Below, in pieces: positions 1-12,620 of a DNA stretch of 64,000 nucleotides; position 1 is the first letter of the stretch; each line of letters opens with the position of its first letter. Source of the stretch: Escherichia coli (GTDB lineage: Bacteria > Pseudomonadota > Gammaproteobacteria > Enterobacterales > Enterobacteriaceae); assembly GCF_003334405.1 (NCBI RefSeq), contig NZ_QOWM01000011.1; one strand, written 5' to 3'. A program made the position numbers and the translations under genes. Under the pieces are notes generated by a model. That model made no database searches and was not told the DNA's origin. It was given only the letters and a program-made list of their open reading frames with translations.

Positions 1-45
1 TCTCTGAGTGCTTTTGACTACCTGATTCGCACCAAAACTGCATAA
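1..45 (+). CDS. ahpF: Alkyl hydroperoxide reductase subunit F, 3' end only (last 14 codons plus stop)
   Basis: In-frame translation SLSAFDYLIRTKTA* at window start, followed by an intrinsic terminator; matches the AhpF C-terminus from memory. Confidence 0.5.
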   Translation, partial: SLSAFDYLIRTKTA

Positions 46-75
46 GAAGAAGTAAGATTCACCTGCAATTGCTTA

Positions 76-106
76 GCCGCCGGGGTCAAACCTGGCGGCT
101 TTTTTA
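76..106 (+). terminator. Rho-independent terminator downstream of ahpF
   Basis: GC-rich hairpin (gccgccgg...ctggcggc) followed by a run of six T. Confidence 0.6.
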
Positions 107-113
107 TGGCATT

Positions 114-150
114 AAAAAGCCCCGCCGGGATGGCTCCGGGCAGGGCGGGA
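114..150 (-). terminator. Putative intrinsic terminator downstream of uspG
   Basis: Imperfect GC-rich hairpin (cccgcc...ggcggg) followed on the minus strand by a U-run; lies just past the uspG stop. Confidence 0.4.
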
Positions 151-165
151 TACTTATTCTGGCAA

Positions 166-594
166 TTAACGCACAACCAGCACCGGCAGATTGGCGTGGC
201 GGATCACGCTCGAGGCGTTAGAACCTAACAGATGGGTCGAAATCGATGGGTTGCGAGAACCAATAACTACAACATCAGCCCCCAGTTCTTCTGCCAACTC
301 ATTGACTTCATCCCGCACGCTACCAAAACGGACATGTTGTTTAATGCGGGAAGGATCGATGGTGAAGTGGCTGACCATCGTTTGCAGACGTTCTTGTGCT
401 TCATGTTGCAGATGCTCTTCAAAACGACGCACATCAGCGGCAAAACGGTGCAGGCTCAGGCTGGCTGACCCGGGTAGTACGTGAAGTAGATGAATAACTC
501 CGTCATCCTGGGCGAGGAATTCAGCGTGGCGAACAGCTTTGTCGCTCAATTCCATTTCAAATACATCAACTGGCATAATGATTGTCTTATACAT
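166..594 (-). CDS. uspG: Universal stress protein G (UspA family)
   Basis: 142-aa ORF recognised as UspA-family protein; position next to ahpF. Confidence 0.9.
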
Positions 595-814
595 AACCCT
601 TTCTCCCTGTTAATCATGAACAAATCATTCGCCATGATTATAATATTTATCCCTGATATTTGTCTGGTTCTTTTTCCTTACGAACTGTTTCTGTGATGAA
701 TATATTCTCACTGAACACCAGGAATTCTCCCAAAACCTGTGGTACCGCCCGTTTTCCCGCTGTGATAGCTACCCTTAAAGACTGACTCTTTTTTGAACTG
801 TCTCTGGAGGTTGC

Positions 815-2053
815 ATGAAAGCATTGACTTATCACGGCCCACATCACGTTCAGGTAGAAAATGTTCCCGATCCGGGCGTTGAACAGGCAGATGATATTAT
901 TCTGCGTATTACGGCAACGGCGATCTGTGGCTCTGACCTCCATCTTTATCGAGGCAAAATACCTCAGGTTAAACATGGCGATATTTTTGGTCATGAATTT
1001 ATGGGGGAAGTAGTTGAAACCGGAAAGGACGTAAAAAATTTGCAAAAAGGCGACCGAGTGGTAATTCCGTTCGTCATTGCTTGTGGCGACTGTTTTTTCT
1101 GTCGATTGCAACAATATGCCGCCTGCGAAAATACCAATGCGGGTAAAGGCGCTGCGCTCAATAAAAAACAGATACCAGCTCCAGCGGCATTGTTTGGTTA
1201 TAGTCACCTGTATGGCGGCGTTCCTGGTGGGCAGGCGGAATATGTCCGCGTCCCTAAAGGGAATGTGGGGCCGTTTAAAGTACCGCCTTTGCTTTCAGAT
1301 GATAAAGCGCTTTTCCTTTCTGATATTCTGCCAACGGCATGGCAGGCAGCAAAAAATGCGCAGATCCAACAAGGTTCAAGCGTTGCAGTCTATGGTGCTG
1401 GTCCTGTGGGATTGTTGACAATCGCCTGTGCACGGTTGCTCGGTGCGGAACAGATTTTTGTTGTTGATCATCATCCCTACCGCTTGCATTTCGCCGCCGA
1501 CCGCTACGGCGCGATCCCGATTAATTTTGATGAAGACAGCGATCCGGCACAGTCAATTATTGAACAAACGGCAGGTCACCGGGGCGTGGATGCAGTAATA
1601 GACGCCGTCGGTTTTGAAGCGAAAGGCAGCACCACGGAAACGGTGCTGACTAACCTGAAACTGGAGGGCAGCAGCGGTAAAGCGTTGCGTCAGTGTATTG
1701 CGGCGGTCAGGCGTGGCGGCATTGTTAGCGTACCGGGCGTCTACGCTGGATTTATTCACGGTTTCCTGTTTGGCGACGCCTTTGATAAAGGGTTGTCGTT
1801 TAAAATGGGACAGACCCACGTTCACGCATGGCTGGGAGAATTATTACCGTTAATTGAGAAAGGATTACTGAAACCAGAAGAAATTGTTACCCACTATATG
1901 CCGTTTGAAGAGGCCGCCCGGGGATATGAGATTTTCGAAAAACGTGAAGAGGAGTGCCGTAAGGTGATTCTGGTACCCGGTGCACAAAGCGCAGAGGCGG
2001 CGCAGAAGGCGGTTTCAGGTCTGGTGAATGCGATGCCGGGGGGAACAATATGA
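815..2053 (+). CDS. ybdR: Zn-dependent alcohol dehydrogenase-like oxidoreductase
   Basis: 412-aa ORF with GHE.MGEVVE and CGSDLH zinc-ADH motifs and a GxGxxG Rossmann motif; GGAGG Shine-Dalgarno upstream. Confidence 0.9.
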
Positions 2054-2283
2054 TCGTCAGGAGTGGTTTTCGAGGTAAAGGACAGCCATGACGATAATCG
2101 CCGCCATAATCAGAAATCCTATCAGGATGTAAAATGCTTCTGCCATGGTTATTCCCACAAACGAAACGGAATAATTTTGCAGCAAAAGTGAACAGTGAGA
2201 ACCAGGAAAAATTGCTGATTTTGCGTAAAGAGGATGCGAGTGCATCCTCTGGGCAAAGCGAGTTATCGCTTGTGCAGATGGGA

Positions 2284-2694
2284 TTAAAGCAGGTAGTCGC
2301 CAGCAGCTTCTGGCTGGTATTCGAGTTCCAGCACTTCAAGGTGGGTTGCAACGCCGCCCGGAAGTTCCCAGTGAATGGAATCGCCAACGCGCAGCCCCAG
2401 CAGTGCGGCACCTACCGGAGCCATAACGGAAAGCTGAGTATTGCTATCGGTCATTTTTGCCGGATACACCAGCGTGCGCACACGCACTTCGCCATCGCTA
2501 AGATTGCGGAATTTAACCCGGCTGTTCATTGTCACCACGTCGTGTGGCATCTCTTCTGGCGAACACATTTGGGCGCGATCCAACTCTGCGTTTAACGCGT
2601 CGGCGATTGGCAAACCAGCATAGGCGGGTTGCTCCAGCAGAATATCGATGCGTTCGGCATCCAGGTCGTTAATGATGATAGTTGGTCTGGACAT
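2284..2694 (-). CDS. rnk: Regulator of nucleoside diphosphate kinase (GreA/GreB-like)
   Basis: 136-aa ORF recognised as Rnk. Confidence 0.9.
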
Positions 2695-2923
2695 TTTTAC
2701 TCCATGTCGTCGGTGCTGCGAGTGTCGCAGATAAACATACCCAAAAGAAAACCCTCACCGTCAGGCGGCGAGGGTTTAACTCACATGATGATACTGACTG
2801 TTGCTCACTCTTTGAAGTGATTTGCGTCACATTCAGGGAATTCCTCAATGCAGCGCATTATGTATAAATCTTAATCGCCTTGGTTTATGGAAGACGAATT
2901 AGCGTGTTTTGTAAATCAGATGA

Positions 2924-3730
2924 TTAATAACCCGCTTTATCAATCACAAAGGTTTTGCCACAGTTACCTGGGTGAGGTTGTGGCAAGAATGAGTTTGCAG
3001 AAAGCGGAGCGTTGATGGCGTCAGCTTTGATCGAGATCTGAATTTCAGTCAAATACGCAGGGTTACCCTGGCACGTTAGCTTAACTGCTTTCACGTTCTC
3101 TTTTCCCCAGCTTTTGGCAAAGGCGGCGTCAAAGTCACGGCGGCTCACTGTTTTACCGTAATTATCCGCAAGGAATTTTCCGGCTTCGCTCTCTTTAATT
3201 TCTTGATTCAGGCGTACCATCGTACCGAAGTATGCGTCCGGATCAAAACCAAAGCAGGCACCGTGTTTGGCATATTCGTAGCGTTCCAGGCAGGAACGTC
3301 CGCCAGCTCCTGGCATGACTTCACTTAGTTTAGCGGCCGTTTCCAGTGATAATCCGGTTTCCGGCGATGAACACATTCGGCTGGCGCGCGCTTCTGGTAG
3401 ATTCGGGATTGGGCGAGTAGCGCAACCGAAGCGCATCCAGCGGCGTTCATCAACACCACGGGCAGCAACCGATTTAGGCAATCCTGGCCACAGACCATGT
3501 ACGGTCAGAAAATCAGCTTTGTTGGTCGTTTCGGTTTGCAGGCGACATTCATCTCGTTCGTTACGATTTCGATCGTGTTGACTCTGGCAAAATCCGGTTT
3601 GCCAGGAGAGGGCCAGGACATAGCGATCAAAATCGCCATACTGTTTTGCCTGCAACGCTAAGGCGTTGGCAGAAGAGAAGGGAAGCAGAGAAACCGCGAG
3701 CAACGCGGCGTTACGCCAGAATGCTTTCAT
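2924..3730 (-). CDS. rna: Ribonuclease I (RNase T2 family), periplasmic
   Basis: ORF 2924..3748; the start at the second in-frame Met gives the signal peptide MKAFWRNAALLAVSLL... and the remembered 268-aa length. Confidence 0.85.
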   Translation of the reverse strand: MKAFWRNAALLAVSLLPFSSANALALQAKQYGDFDRYVLALSWQTGFCQSQHDRNRNERDECRLQTETTNKADFLTVHGLWPGLPKSVAARGVDERRWMRFGCATRPIPNLPEARASRMCSSPETGLSLETAAKLSEVMPGAGGRSCLERYEYAKHGACFGFDPDAYFGTMVRLNQEIKESEAGKFLADNYGKTVSRRDFDAAFAKSWGKENVKAVKLTCQGNPAYLTEIQISIKADAINAPLSANSFLPQPHPGNCGKTFVIDKAGY

Positions 3731-3778
3731 AATGGGTGTGGAACTCATACATACACTGAATACTATCTATTAAATCAT

Positions 3779-3811
3779 AAAAAAGCCCGCCAGGTGGGCT
3801 TACCTGGCGGG
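3779..3811 (-). terminator. Rho-independent terminator downstream of citT
   Basis: Perfect 11-bp stem (gcccgccaggt/acctggcgggc) followed on the minus strand by a six-U run. Confidence 0.7.
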
Positions 3812-3843
3812 CGTGATGATTTATTCAGCGTTTGGCGAACGTA

Positions 3844-5307
3844 TTAGTTCCACATGGCGAGAATCGGCCAGCCAACCAACAGCAACATAGAGATGTAAAT
3901 CACCCCGAAGATTGCGCCAAGACGCCAGTAATCTTTTGATTTCACATAGCCACAGCCGTAAATAATCACCCCAGGACCGGTTGCATACGGCGTCAGACAG
4001 CCCATGATACCGATAGACAGCACCAGCAGGATACACAGTTGTTCCATTGGTACGCCCGGAATACCTTTACCGACGGCCAGAATAACCGGCAGCATGGTTG
4101 CGGTGTGCGCAGACAGGCTGGCAAACAGGTAGTGTGCAAAGTAGAACACCAGAACCAGTACAATCACCGTTGCGTTTGGTGAGAATCCTTCCAGGTGCGT
4201 ACTCATGGTACCGGCGAACCAGTCAATAAAACCAGAACGAGTCAGGCCGTTAGCCATCACAACCAGAGTTGCCAGGTTGACCAGTGTGTTCCATGCGCTG
4301 TTATAGCGGGTAATGTCTTTCCAAGGCACAACGTGCAGGGCCAGCATTAGCGAAACTGCCAGCAGACCAACCGCAGTAGCATTAATGACTTCACTGCCAA
4401 ATACCCACAAACCTAAGCTGAGCAATACAAGGCCAATCAGTGTCCACTCTCTGCGTGTCAGCGCACCCATGGTTTTCAGTTCATCACCCGCCCAGGTTGC
4501 CACTTCTTCACTGTGTGTGATTTCCGGTTTGTACAGCACGTAGGAAAGCCACGGCGCAATGATAAGCAAGATAACCCCAACCGGCAGGAAGCAGAGGAAC
4601 CACTGCAACCAGCTAATCTGGATACCGGCAATTTTGCTGACGAACTCCAGACCCAGCACGTTTGGTGCCGCACCGGTGACAAACATGGACGAACTCAGAC
4701 TGGTACTAATGACCATCATCCACATCAAATAGCCGCCAATACGACGCGCGGACGGATCGTTCGGGAATGATTTAAACAACGGCGGCAGGTTTTTAATGAC
4801 CGGAAAAACCGTACCCCCGGTACGCGCGGTGTTGGAAGGTGTAAACGGTGCCAGCAGAATGTCGATAATGACAATCGCATAACCCAACGTCAGCGTGCGT
4901 TTGCCCATGAATTTCACCAGGAAAAGGGCAATGCGACGACCTAACCCGGAAACTTCATACCCTAATGCAAAAATAAATGCGCCAAATACCAGCCATACCG
5001 TGGTGCTGGAAAAACCAGCCAGGCCCCATTTCAGCGCCTGTTTTTGCGCATTAAACGCTGGGTCAGCTAATTCTTTGGCATCAAAGAGCAGGTAATTACT
5101 GCCAATAACGCAAATAGTAACCGCAATAAAACTGATCGCTGTTGCCGGAATTGGCTCGAGGATCATGCCGACAATCATTGCCACAAACACAGCGAAGTAA
5201 TGCCATGCCTGCGGCGGCATACCGTCGGGGACAGGGATAAGAAACATGACACCCATCACCACCAGTGGGGCCAATAGTTTCCATATATTATCTTTTGCTA
5301 AAGACAT
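3844..5307 (-). CDS. citT: Citrate:succinate antiporter
   Basis: 487-aa polytopic membrane ORF recognised as CitT; adjacent to the citrate lyase genes. Confidence 0.9.
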   Translation of the reverse strand: MSLAKDNIWKLLAPLVVMGVMFLIPVPDGMPPQAWHYFAVFVAMIVGMILEPIPATAISFIAVTICVIGSNYLLFDAKELADPAFNAQKQALKWGLAGFSSTTVWLVFGAFIFALGYEVSGLGRRIALFLVKFMGKRTLTLGYAIVIIDILLAPFTPSNTARTGGTVFPVIKNLPPLFKSFPNDPSARRIGGYLMWMMVISTSLSSSMFVTGAAPNVLGLEFVSKIAGIQISWLQWFLCFLPVGVILLIIAPWLSYVLYKPEITHSEEVATWAGDELKTMGALTRREWTLIGLVLLSLGLWVFGSEVINATAVGLLAVSLMLALHVVPWKDITRYNSAWNTLVNLATLVVMANGLTRSGFIDWFAGTMSTHLEGFSPNATVIVLVLVFYFAHYLFASLSAHTATMLPVILAVGKGIPGVPMEQLCILLVLSIGIMGCLTPYATGPGVIIYGCGYVKSKDYWRLGAIFGVIYISMLLLVGWPILAMWN

Positions 5308-5357
5308 ACGGGTTCTCCGAAAATTAATATTTCCAAATTTATCAAGTGCTTAAATAA

Positions 5358-6762
<1,405 letters not shown>

Positions 6763-6765
6763 GGC

Positions 6766-8298
6766 TTATTCCTTCACCTGATGCACAACATCGATCACCG
6801 AGCCATCGCGGTAACGCACAACGGCAACGACGCGGTCTGTGAATTCAATCGGCTGTGGTTCACCGGTCAGCAGACGCGCACGTTCGCGCAGCCACTCAAT
6901 GGAAACCACTTTAATGCCCGCTTCCTGCAGACGTTCTGCCAGTTCCGGACGTGCCGGGTTAACTGCGATACCGTGGTCTGTGACCAGAATATCGACACTG
7001 GAGCCTGGGGTGATGCAGGTCAGTACGTTATCCACCAGAGTCGGAATACGACCGCGTACCAGCGGCGCGACGATGATGGAAAGCGCAGAGGCAATCGCGG
7101 TATCGCAGTGACCACCGGAAGCACCACGCAGTACGCCGTCAGAGCCGGTCAGCACGTTAACGTTGAACTGGGTGTCAATTTCCAGCGCGCTCAGTACCAC
7201 CACGTCGAGACGATCAACCGATGCGCCTTTCGAACCCCAGTTAGCGTACTGGTTGGCGCTGATTTCGATGTGATTGGGGTTACGGGCCAGCGATTGCGCA
7301 GCATGGCTGTCAAAGCTCTGCACATCCAGCAGTTTGCGGATCAGACCTTTTTCGTGCAGGTCAACCATCGTCGCGGTAATACCGCCAAGGGCGAAGTCGG
7401 CGCGAATATCGCGGCTACGCATTTTGTCTTCCAGGAAACGGGTTACCGCCAGCGATGCGCCGCCGGTGCCGGTTTGCATGGAGAAACCTTCTTTGAAGTA
7501 GCCAGAGTTGACAATCACATCCGCAGCGCTACGGGCAATAAGCAGTTCGCGCGGGTTAGTGGTCATACGGGTCGCGCCAGCGCCGATTTTTGCAGCATCG
7601 CCAACGCGGTCAACTTTGACGATCAAATCAACCTGATCTTGCTCAATGCTTGCCGGATTATGCGGATAAGGCAGCAGTTCTTCGGTAAGCATCACGACCT
7701 GTTTTGCGTTGTCGGCATCAACCATTGCATAGCCGAGGGAGCCGCAGCAGGCTTTACCGGTGTAGCCGTTGGCATTACCGAATTCATCACAGGACGGGAC
7801 GCCGAGGAAAGCCACGTCGATATTCAGTTCGCCGCTCTGTACCAGATGCACACGACCGCCGTGAGAGTGGATCTGCACCGGTTCTGCCAGCAGACCACGG
7901 GAGATCTCTTCCGCCAGTGGACCACGCAGGCCGGAGGTATAAATGCGGGTAACCACGCCCTGGCGAATGTGTTCTACCAGCGGCGCATGGCAATCACTCA
8001 GGGAGCTGGACGCCAGGGTCAGGTTTTTAAAGCCCATCTTCGCGATGACGTCCATCACCATATTGACGGTCAGGTCACCGCCACGGAAAGCGTGATGGAA
8101 GGAAACCGTCATGCCGTCCTGTAAACCAGAGCGACGAATCGCTTCTTCCAGGTTGGCGCACAGTTTGCGATCGCGCGCTTTTTCAGCCTGGTAGGTTTGC
8201 TTTGGCGAGTTCTGGAAAGCGGCAAGATCGCATTCAGCGCGACGATTCCAGGCCGCTACCCGTTCTTGTCGTTGAGATTGTTCAATTTTCTGCGTCAT
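6766..8298 (-). CDS. citF: Citrate lyase alpha subunit (citrate CoA-transferase)
   Basis: ORF 6766..8340; the internal start MTQKIEQSQ... gives the remembered 510-aa product. Confidence 0.9.
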   Translation of the reverse strand: MTQKIEQSQRQERVAAWNRRAECDLAAFQNSPKQTYQAEKARDRKLCANLEEAIRRSGLQDGMTVSFHHAFRGGDLTVNMVMDVIAKMGFKNLTLASSSLSDCHAPLVEHIRQGVVTRIYTSGLRGPLAEEISRGLLAEPVQIHSHGGRVHLVQSGELNIDVAFLGVPSCDEFGNANGYTGKACCGSLGYAMVDADNAKQVVMLTEELLPYPHNPASIEQDQVDLIVKVDRVGDAAKIGAGATRMTTNPRELLIARSAADVIVNSGYFKEGFSMQTGTGGASLAVTRFLEDKMRSRDIRADFALGGITATMVDLHEKGLIRKLLDVQSFDSHAAQSLARNPNHIEISANQYANWGSKGASVDRLDVVVLSALEIDTQFNVNVLTGSDGVLRGASGGHCDTAIASALSIIVAPLVRGRIPTLVDNVLTCITPGSSVDILVTDHGIAVNPARPELAERLQEAGIKVVSIEWLRERARLLTGEPQPIEFTDRVVAVVRYRDGSVIDVVHQVKE

Positions 8299-8308
8299 TT
8301 TGATTGCC

Positions 8309-9217
8309 TTATTCTTCGCGGATGCCGGAAAGTTCTGCACGGGAGAGCACCAGACGGGCGCGATCGATAACCGGACCGTCCACCATCTTGCCGTTCAGGG
8401 AAACCACGCCGAGGCCTTCGCGAGCGGCGGCTTCAGCGGCTTCTACGACGCGGCGGGCGTGATCCACTTCTTTCTGGGTCGGTGCGTAGAGGTTGTGCAG
8501 CAGATCAATCTGACGCGGGTTGATCAGCGATTTGCCGTCAAAGCCCAGCTGTTTGATGTGGGCGGCTTCTTGCAGAAATCCGGCTTCGTTGTTAGCGTCG
8601 GAATAGACGGTATCGAACGCCTGAATACCCGCAGAGCGCGCGGCCTGCAAAATGGAACAGCGTGCGAACAGCAGTTCAGTTCCTTCCGGGGAGCGTTCTG
8701 TACGCAGGTTGCGCACATAGTCTTCTGCACCGAGGGCGATACCGATCAAACGCTCGGAAGCGTGAGCGATTTCCACTGCGCGGGTAATCCCCAGCGGAGA
8801 TTCAATCGCCGCCAGCAGGCCGGTGCTGCCGGGTTCACGACCACAGGCTTTTTCGATACGCAGGATCTCTTTTTCAATATCCAGAACATCCTGAGCGGTA
8901 TCGGTTTTCGGCAGACGCACAACGTCCGCACCACCGCGAACGACGGCTTCCAGGTCGTTAACACCCCATTCGGAATCCAGCGCGTTGACACGCACAATGG
9001 TTTCAATATCGCGATACAGCGGATGTTGCAGCGCGTGGTAAACCATGCGGCGGGCGGTGTCTTTTTCACGCAATGCTACGGAGTCTTCGAGGTCAAACAT
9101 CAGGGCATCAGCCGGGTAGATGAAGGAGTTGCTGACCATCGCGGCATTGGCACCAGGCACAAACAACATGCTGCGGCGGGTGCGAGTTTTACGTTGTTGC
9201 AGCGAAGCGGAAATCAT
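8309..9217 (-). CDS. citE: Citrate lyase beta subunit (citryl-CoA lyase)
   Basis: ORF 8309..9232; the start at [10 protein letters not shown]... (302 aa) overlaps the citD stop in an ATGA arrangement. Confidence 0.9.
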
Positions 9218-9510
9218 TGGCAATCCTCCCATGGCAGAGCCGGGATACCGCTGGCGCGTGCCAGCAGGGCTTCCAGTCGTGCACGTAAAATGCAGTCCAG
9301 TGCGCCTTTGTCATCGACATTCAGCTGTACGCCGCGCACGTTGTAGCGGGCGAGAACGTCCAGAATGGTGGTGCGAATTGCATCGCCAAACTGTTTCTCA
9401 ACGCTGCTATTGATTTGCAGGTCGATATCCTGCGTATCGAGTGGGGCGATGCGTATCATCACATCCCCAGACTCAAGGGTGCCTGCAACGGCGGGCTGGT
9501 TTATTTTCAT
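9214..9510 (-). CDS. citD: Citrate lyase gamma subunit (acyl carrier protein)
   Basis: 98-aa ORF recognised as CitD. Confidence 0.9.
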
Positions 9511-9524
9511 TTTTCACCTGTTTC

Positions 9525-10583
9525 TCATGCGGGGGTCTTTTGACGAGCTGCCGCGTCCTGGCGGGAGTGCTCAAGCAGGTTCTGCAAATAATGCAGCGTG
9601 ACTGCAGGGACCAGCGGCGCGATAGCCGTGAGATCGTTTTTCGCCAGCAGTTGACGTACCCGGGAAGCGGATATCGGCATCTCCTGGTAACGCAGCCGCT
9701 CAATTTCAACCAGTTCGATGGGCGGTGCGGAGATAGTCGGCGTTTCCAGCCAGTAGCGCATATCCTGGTTGTACTGGGCGGTAACGCGACAAAAGGGTTC
9801 AGTACCGACAAAGCGGTGAGTTACACCCAGCGCGGGAGCGAGGTACTGACGGAAAATCTTCAGATCAATTTCGGTGTAACAATGGTTAATGACGCTCTGT
9901 TCTTTAATGAAGTAGCAAGGGAACGTAGCGCGGGAGATGATGTATTCGGAGCCACGATGCACAGTCAGGCGTGGAATATCGGCGGTGCCTTTTAACACCA
10001 AATCCAGCCGGTCTTCATAGGGGAAGCGTGAAGAATCTTCTTTGACTAAAAACAGATGCAACCAGTCGCACTGTGCCGCAGCCTGTTGAATCAGATAACG
10101 GTGACCATTCGTAAAGGGATTGGCGTTCATCACAATGCAGCCAATCTTGTTCCCTGGATGACGAAATTTTTTCAGCGATTCGGCATAGCGTTTCAGTCGC
10201 GTGGCGCTGTTTTCCATCAGCACCATCACGCCGGGTACGCTGGTCAGCGTGGAAAAACCGCACTGGCGGAACAGCGCCTCGTATTCGGTTTTGGTATAAA
10301 TAAACAGATGCGTGCTGTGCCGCTCATAGGCGAGGTTTATCAATTCAGTGGCTAATGTCAGCGCCAGTCCTTCACCGCGGACGGATTCACTGATAGCAAC
10401 GCATTTAATAATATTTCCGGCAATTCCACCGCACGCGATAAGCTTTTCATCGCGGGTTACGGTAATAAATACTTCGACTGTGGTGTCAACGCTCAAATCA
10501 TTTTCATGCAGGAATTGGGCGATTTCCGCCATTTTTTTATTTTCTGAACGTTTTACGCGGGTGAAAATATCATTGCCGAACAT
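9525..10583 (-). CDS. citC: [Citrate (pro-3S)-lyase] ligase
   Basis: ORF 9525..10670; the internal start MFGNDIFTRV... gives about 352 aa, the length I remember; exact start uncertain. Confidence 0.8.
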   Translation of the reverse strand: MFGNDIFTRVKRSENKKMAEIAQFLHENDLSVDTTVEVFITVTRDEKLIACGGIAGNIIKCVAISESVRGEGLALTLATELINLAYERHSTHLFIYTKTEYEALFRQCGFSTLTSVPGVMVLMENSATRLKRYAESLKKFRHPGNKIGCIVMNANPFTNGHRYLIQQAAAQCDWLHLFLVKEDSSRFPYEDRLDLVLKGTADIPRLTVHRGSEYIISRATFPCYFIKEQSVINHCYTEIDLKIFRQYLAPALGVTHRFVGTEPFCRVTAQYNQDMRYWLETPTISAPPIELVEIERLRYQEMPISASRVRQLLAKNDLTAIAPLVPAVTLHYLQNLLEHSRQDAAARQKTPA

Positions 10584-10961
10584 AATAAATAGTATCCTGA
10601 AGGTGCATGTTGTTATCGATTTGCAACGAATGTTGTTCAATGTTGCAAACTGATAACCTTTTATTTTCACTTGGGAGAAAGGGGGTGATCGAGGTATATC
10701 TTTTTCTCCTTTCGCTATACATCCTAAGGAGTATTTCGGCGTGAAATTTTGATTTATTTCACATAGAGTTAGTGGTTTTTTATTTATTTAATGATTTTAA
10801 GTTTTTTAATTAATGTAATTACGAAATGACTCGCAGGTTTAAGTGATTTAATTGATTTAATGAATAAAATTTGCCACGATCATAATTAATATCTATGTAT
10901 TTTGATTCAACATTTTAATTACATCCGTCAAAGAGGCTCGGGACAACCCGCAAGGAAAACA

Positions 10962-12620
10962 ATGTTGCAGCTTAACGAGAATAAACAGTTTGCATTTTTC
11001 CAAAGACTGGCATTTCCGCTGCGTATCTTTTTGCTGATTCTGGTGTTCTCAATATTTGTCATTGCAGCCCTGGCGCAATATTTTACGGCCAGTTTTGAGG
11101 ACTATTTAACGCTTCATGTACGCGACATGGCAATGAATCAGGCGAAAATTATTGCCTCCAATGACAGTGTCATCTCTGCGGTGAAAACGCGTGACTACAA
11201 ACGGCTGGCGACCATCGCTAACAAATTACAAAGAGATACCGATTTTGATTATGTGGTGATTGGGGACCGGCACTCGATCCGCCTTTACCATCCTAATCCG
11301 GAGAAAATTGGTTATCCTATGCAGTTCACCAAACAGGGCGCGCTGGAGAAAGGGGAGAGCTACTTCATTACCGGGAAAGGGTCAATGGGGATGGCGATGC
11401 GCGCCAAAACGCCAATCTTTGATGACGATGGAAAAGTCATCGGCGTGGTGTCGATTGGCTACCTGGTGAGTAAAATCGATAGCTGGCGGGCTGAGTTTTT
11501 ATTACCGATGGCAGGTGTGTTTGTCGTGCTGTTAGGGATTCTGATGTTGCTGTCGTGGTTCCTGGCCGCGCATATCCGTCGGCAGATGATGGGCATGGAG
11601 CCAAAGCAAATCGCACGCGTGGTCCGTCAGCAAGAGGCGCTGTTTAGTTCGGTTTATGAAGGGCTGATTGCGGTGGATCCGCATGGTTACATTACCGCCA
11701 TCAATCGTAACGCAAGAAAGATGCTGGGGCTGAGTTCCCCCGGACGGCAATGGTTGGGTAAACCCATTGTTGAAGTGGTCAGGCCCGCCGATTTCTTTAC
11801 CGAACAGATTGATGAAAAACGTCAGGATGTGGTGGCGAACTTTAACGGTCTGAGCGTTATTGCCAACCGGGAAGCTATTCGTTCAGGTGATGATTTGCTG
11901 GGGGCCATTATCAGCTTTCGTAGTAAAGACGAAATTTCCACCCTCAATGCGCAACTGACGCAAATAAAACAATACGTTGAGAGCCTTCGTACATTGCGAC
12001 ACGAGCATCTCAATTGGATGTCGACGCTCAATGGTCTGTTGCAGATGAAAGAGTATGATCGCGTGCTGGCGATGGTGCAGGGGGAGTCTCAGGCCCAGCA
12101 ACAGCTTATTGACAGCCTGCGCGAGGCGTTTGCCGATCGCCAGGTGGCGGGGCTGCTTTTTGGTAAAGTGCAGCGCGCCCGGGAACTGGGGCTAAAAATG
12201 ATCATTGTCCCCGGTAGCCAGCTTTCGCAACTGCCGCCAGGACTGGATAGCACCGAGTTTGCAGCCATTGTGGGCAATTTACTTGATAACGCCTTCGAAG
12301 CCAGCCTGCGTAGCGATGAAGGAAACAAGATCGTTGAATTATTCCTCAGCGATGAAGGCGATGATGTGGTGATTGAAGTCGCCGATCAGGGCTGCGGCGT
12401 TCCAGAGTCTCTACGAGACAAAATATTTGAGCAGGGGGTCAGTACGCGTGCTGACGAGCCCGGTGAACATGGCATTGGGTTGTACTTGATTGCCAGCTAC
12501 GTAACGCGCTGCGGTGGTGTTATCACTCTCGAAGATAATGATCCCTGCGGTACCTTATTTTCAATCTATATTCCGAAAGTGAAACCTAATGACAGCTCCA
12601 TTAACCCTATTGATCGTTGA
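10962..12620 (+). CDS. dpiB: Sensor histidine kinase of the citrate-responsive two-component system
   Basis: ORF 10902..12620; start at MLQLNENKQF... (552 aa); two transmembrane segments flanking a periplasmic domain; HATPase motifs DQGCGVP and GIGLYL. Confidence 0.9.
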   Translation: MLQLNENKQFAFFQRLAFPLRIFLLILVFSIFVIAALAQYFTASFEDYLTLHVRDMAMNQAKIIASNDSVISAVKTRDYKRLATIANKLQRDTDFDYVVIGDRHSIRLYHPNPEKIGYPMQFTKQGALEKGESYFITGKGSMGMAMRAKTPIFDDDGKVIGVVSIGYLVSKIDSWRAEFLLPMAGVFVVLLGILMLLSWFLAAHIRRQMMGMEPKQIARVVRQQEALFSSVYEGLIAVDPHGYITAINRNARKMLGLSSPGRQWLGKPIVEVVRPADFFTEQIDEKRQDVVANFNGLSVIANREAIRSGDDLLGAIISFRSKDEISTLNAQLTQIKQYVESLRTLRHEHLNWMSTLNGLLQMKEYDRVLAMVQGESQAQQQLIDSLREAFADRQVAGLLFGKVQRARELGLKMIIVPGSQLSQLPPGLDSTEFAAIVGNLLDNAFEASLRSDEGNKIVELFLSDEGDDVVIEVADQGCGVPESLRDKIFEQGVSTRADEPGEHGIGLYLIASYVTRCGGVITLEDNDPCGTLFSIYIPKVKPNDSSINPIDR

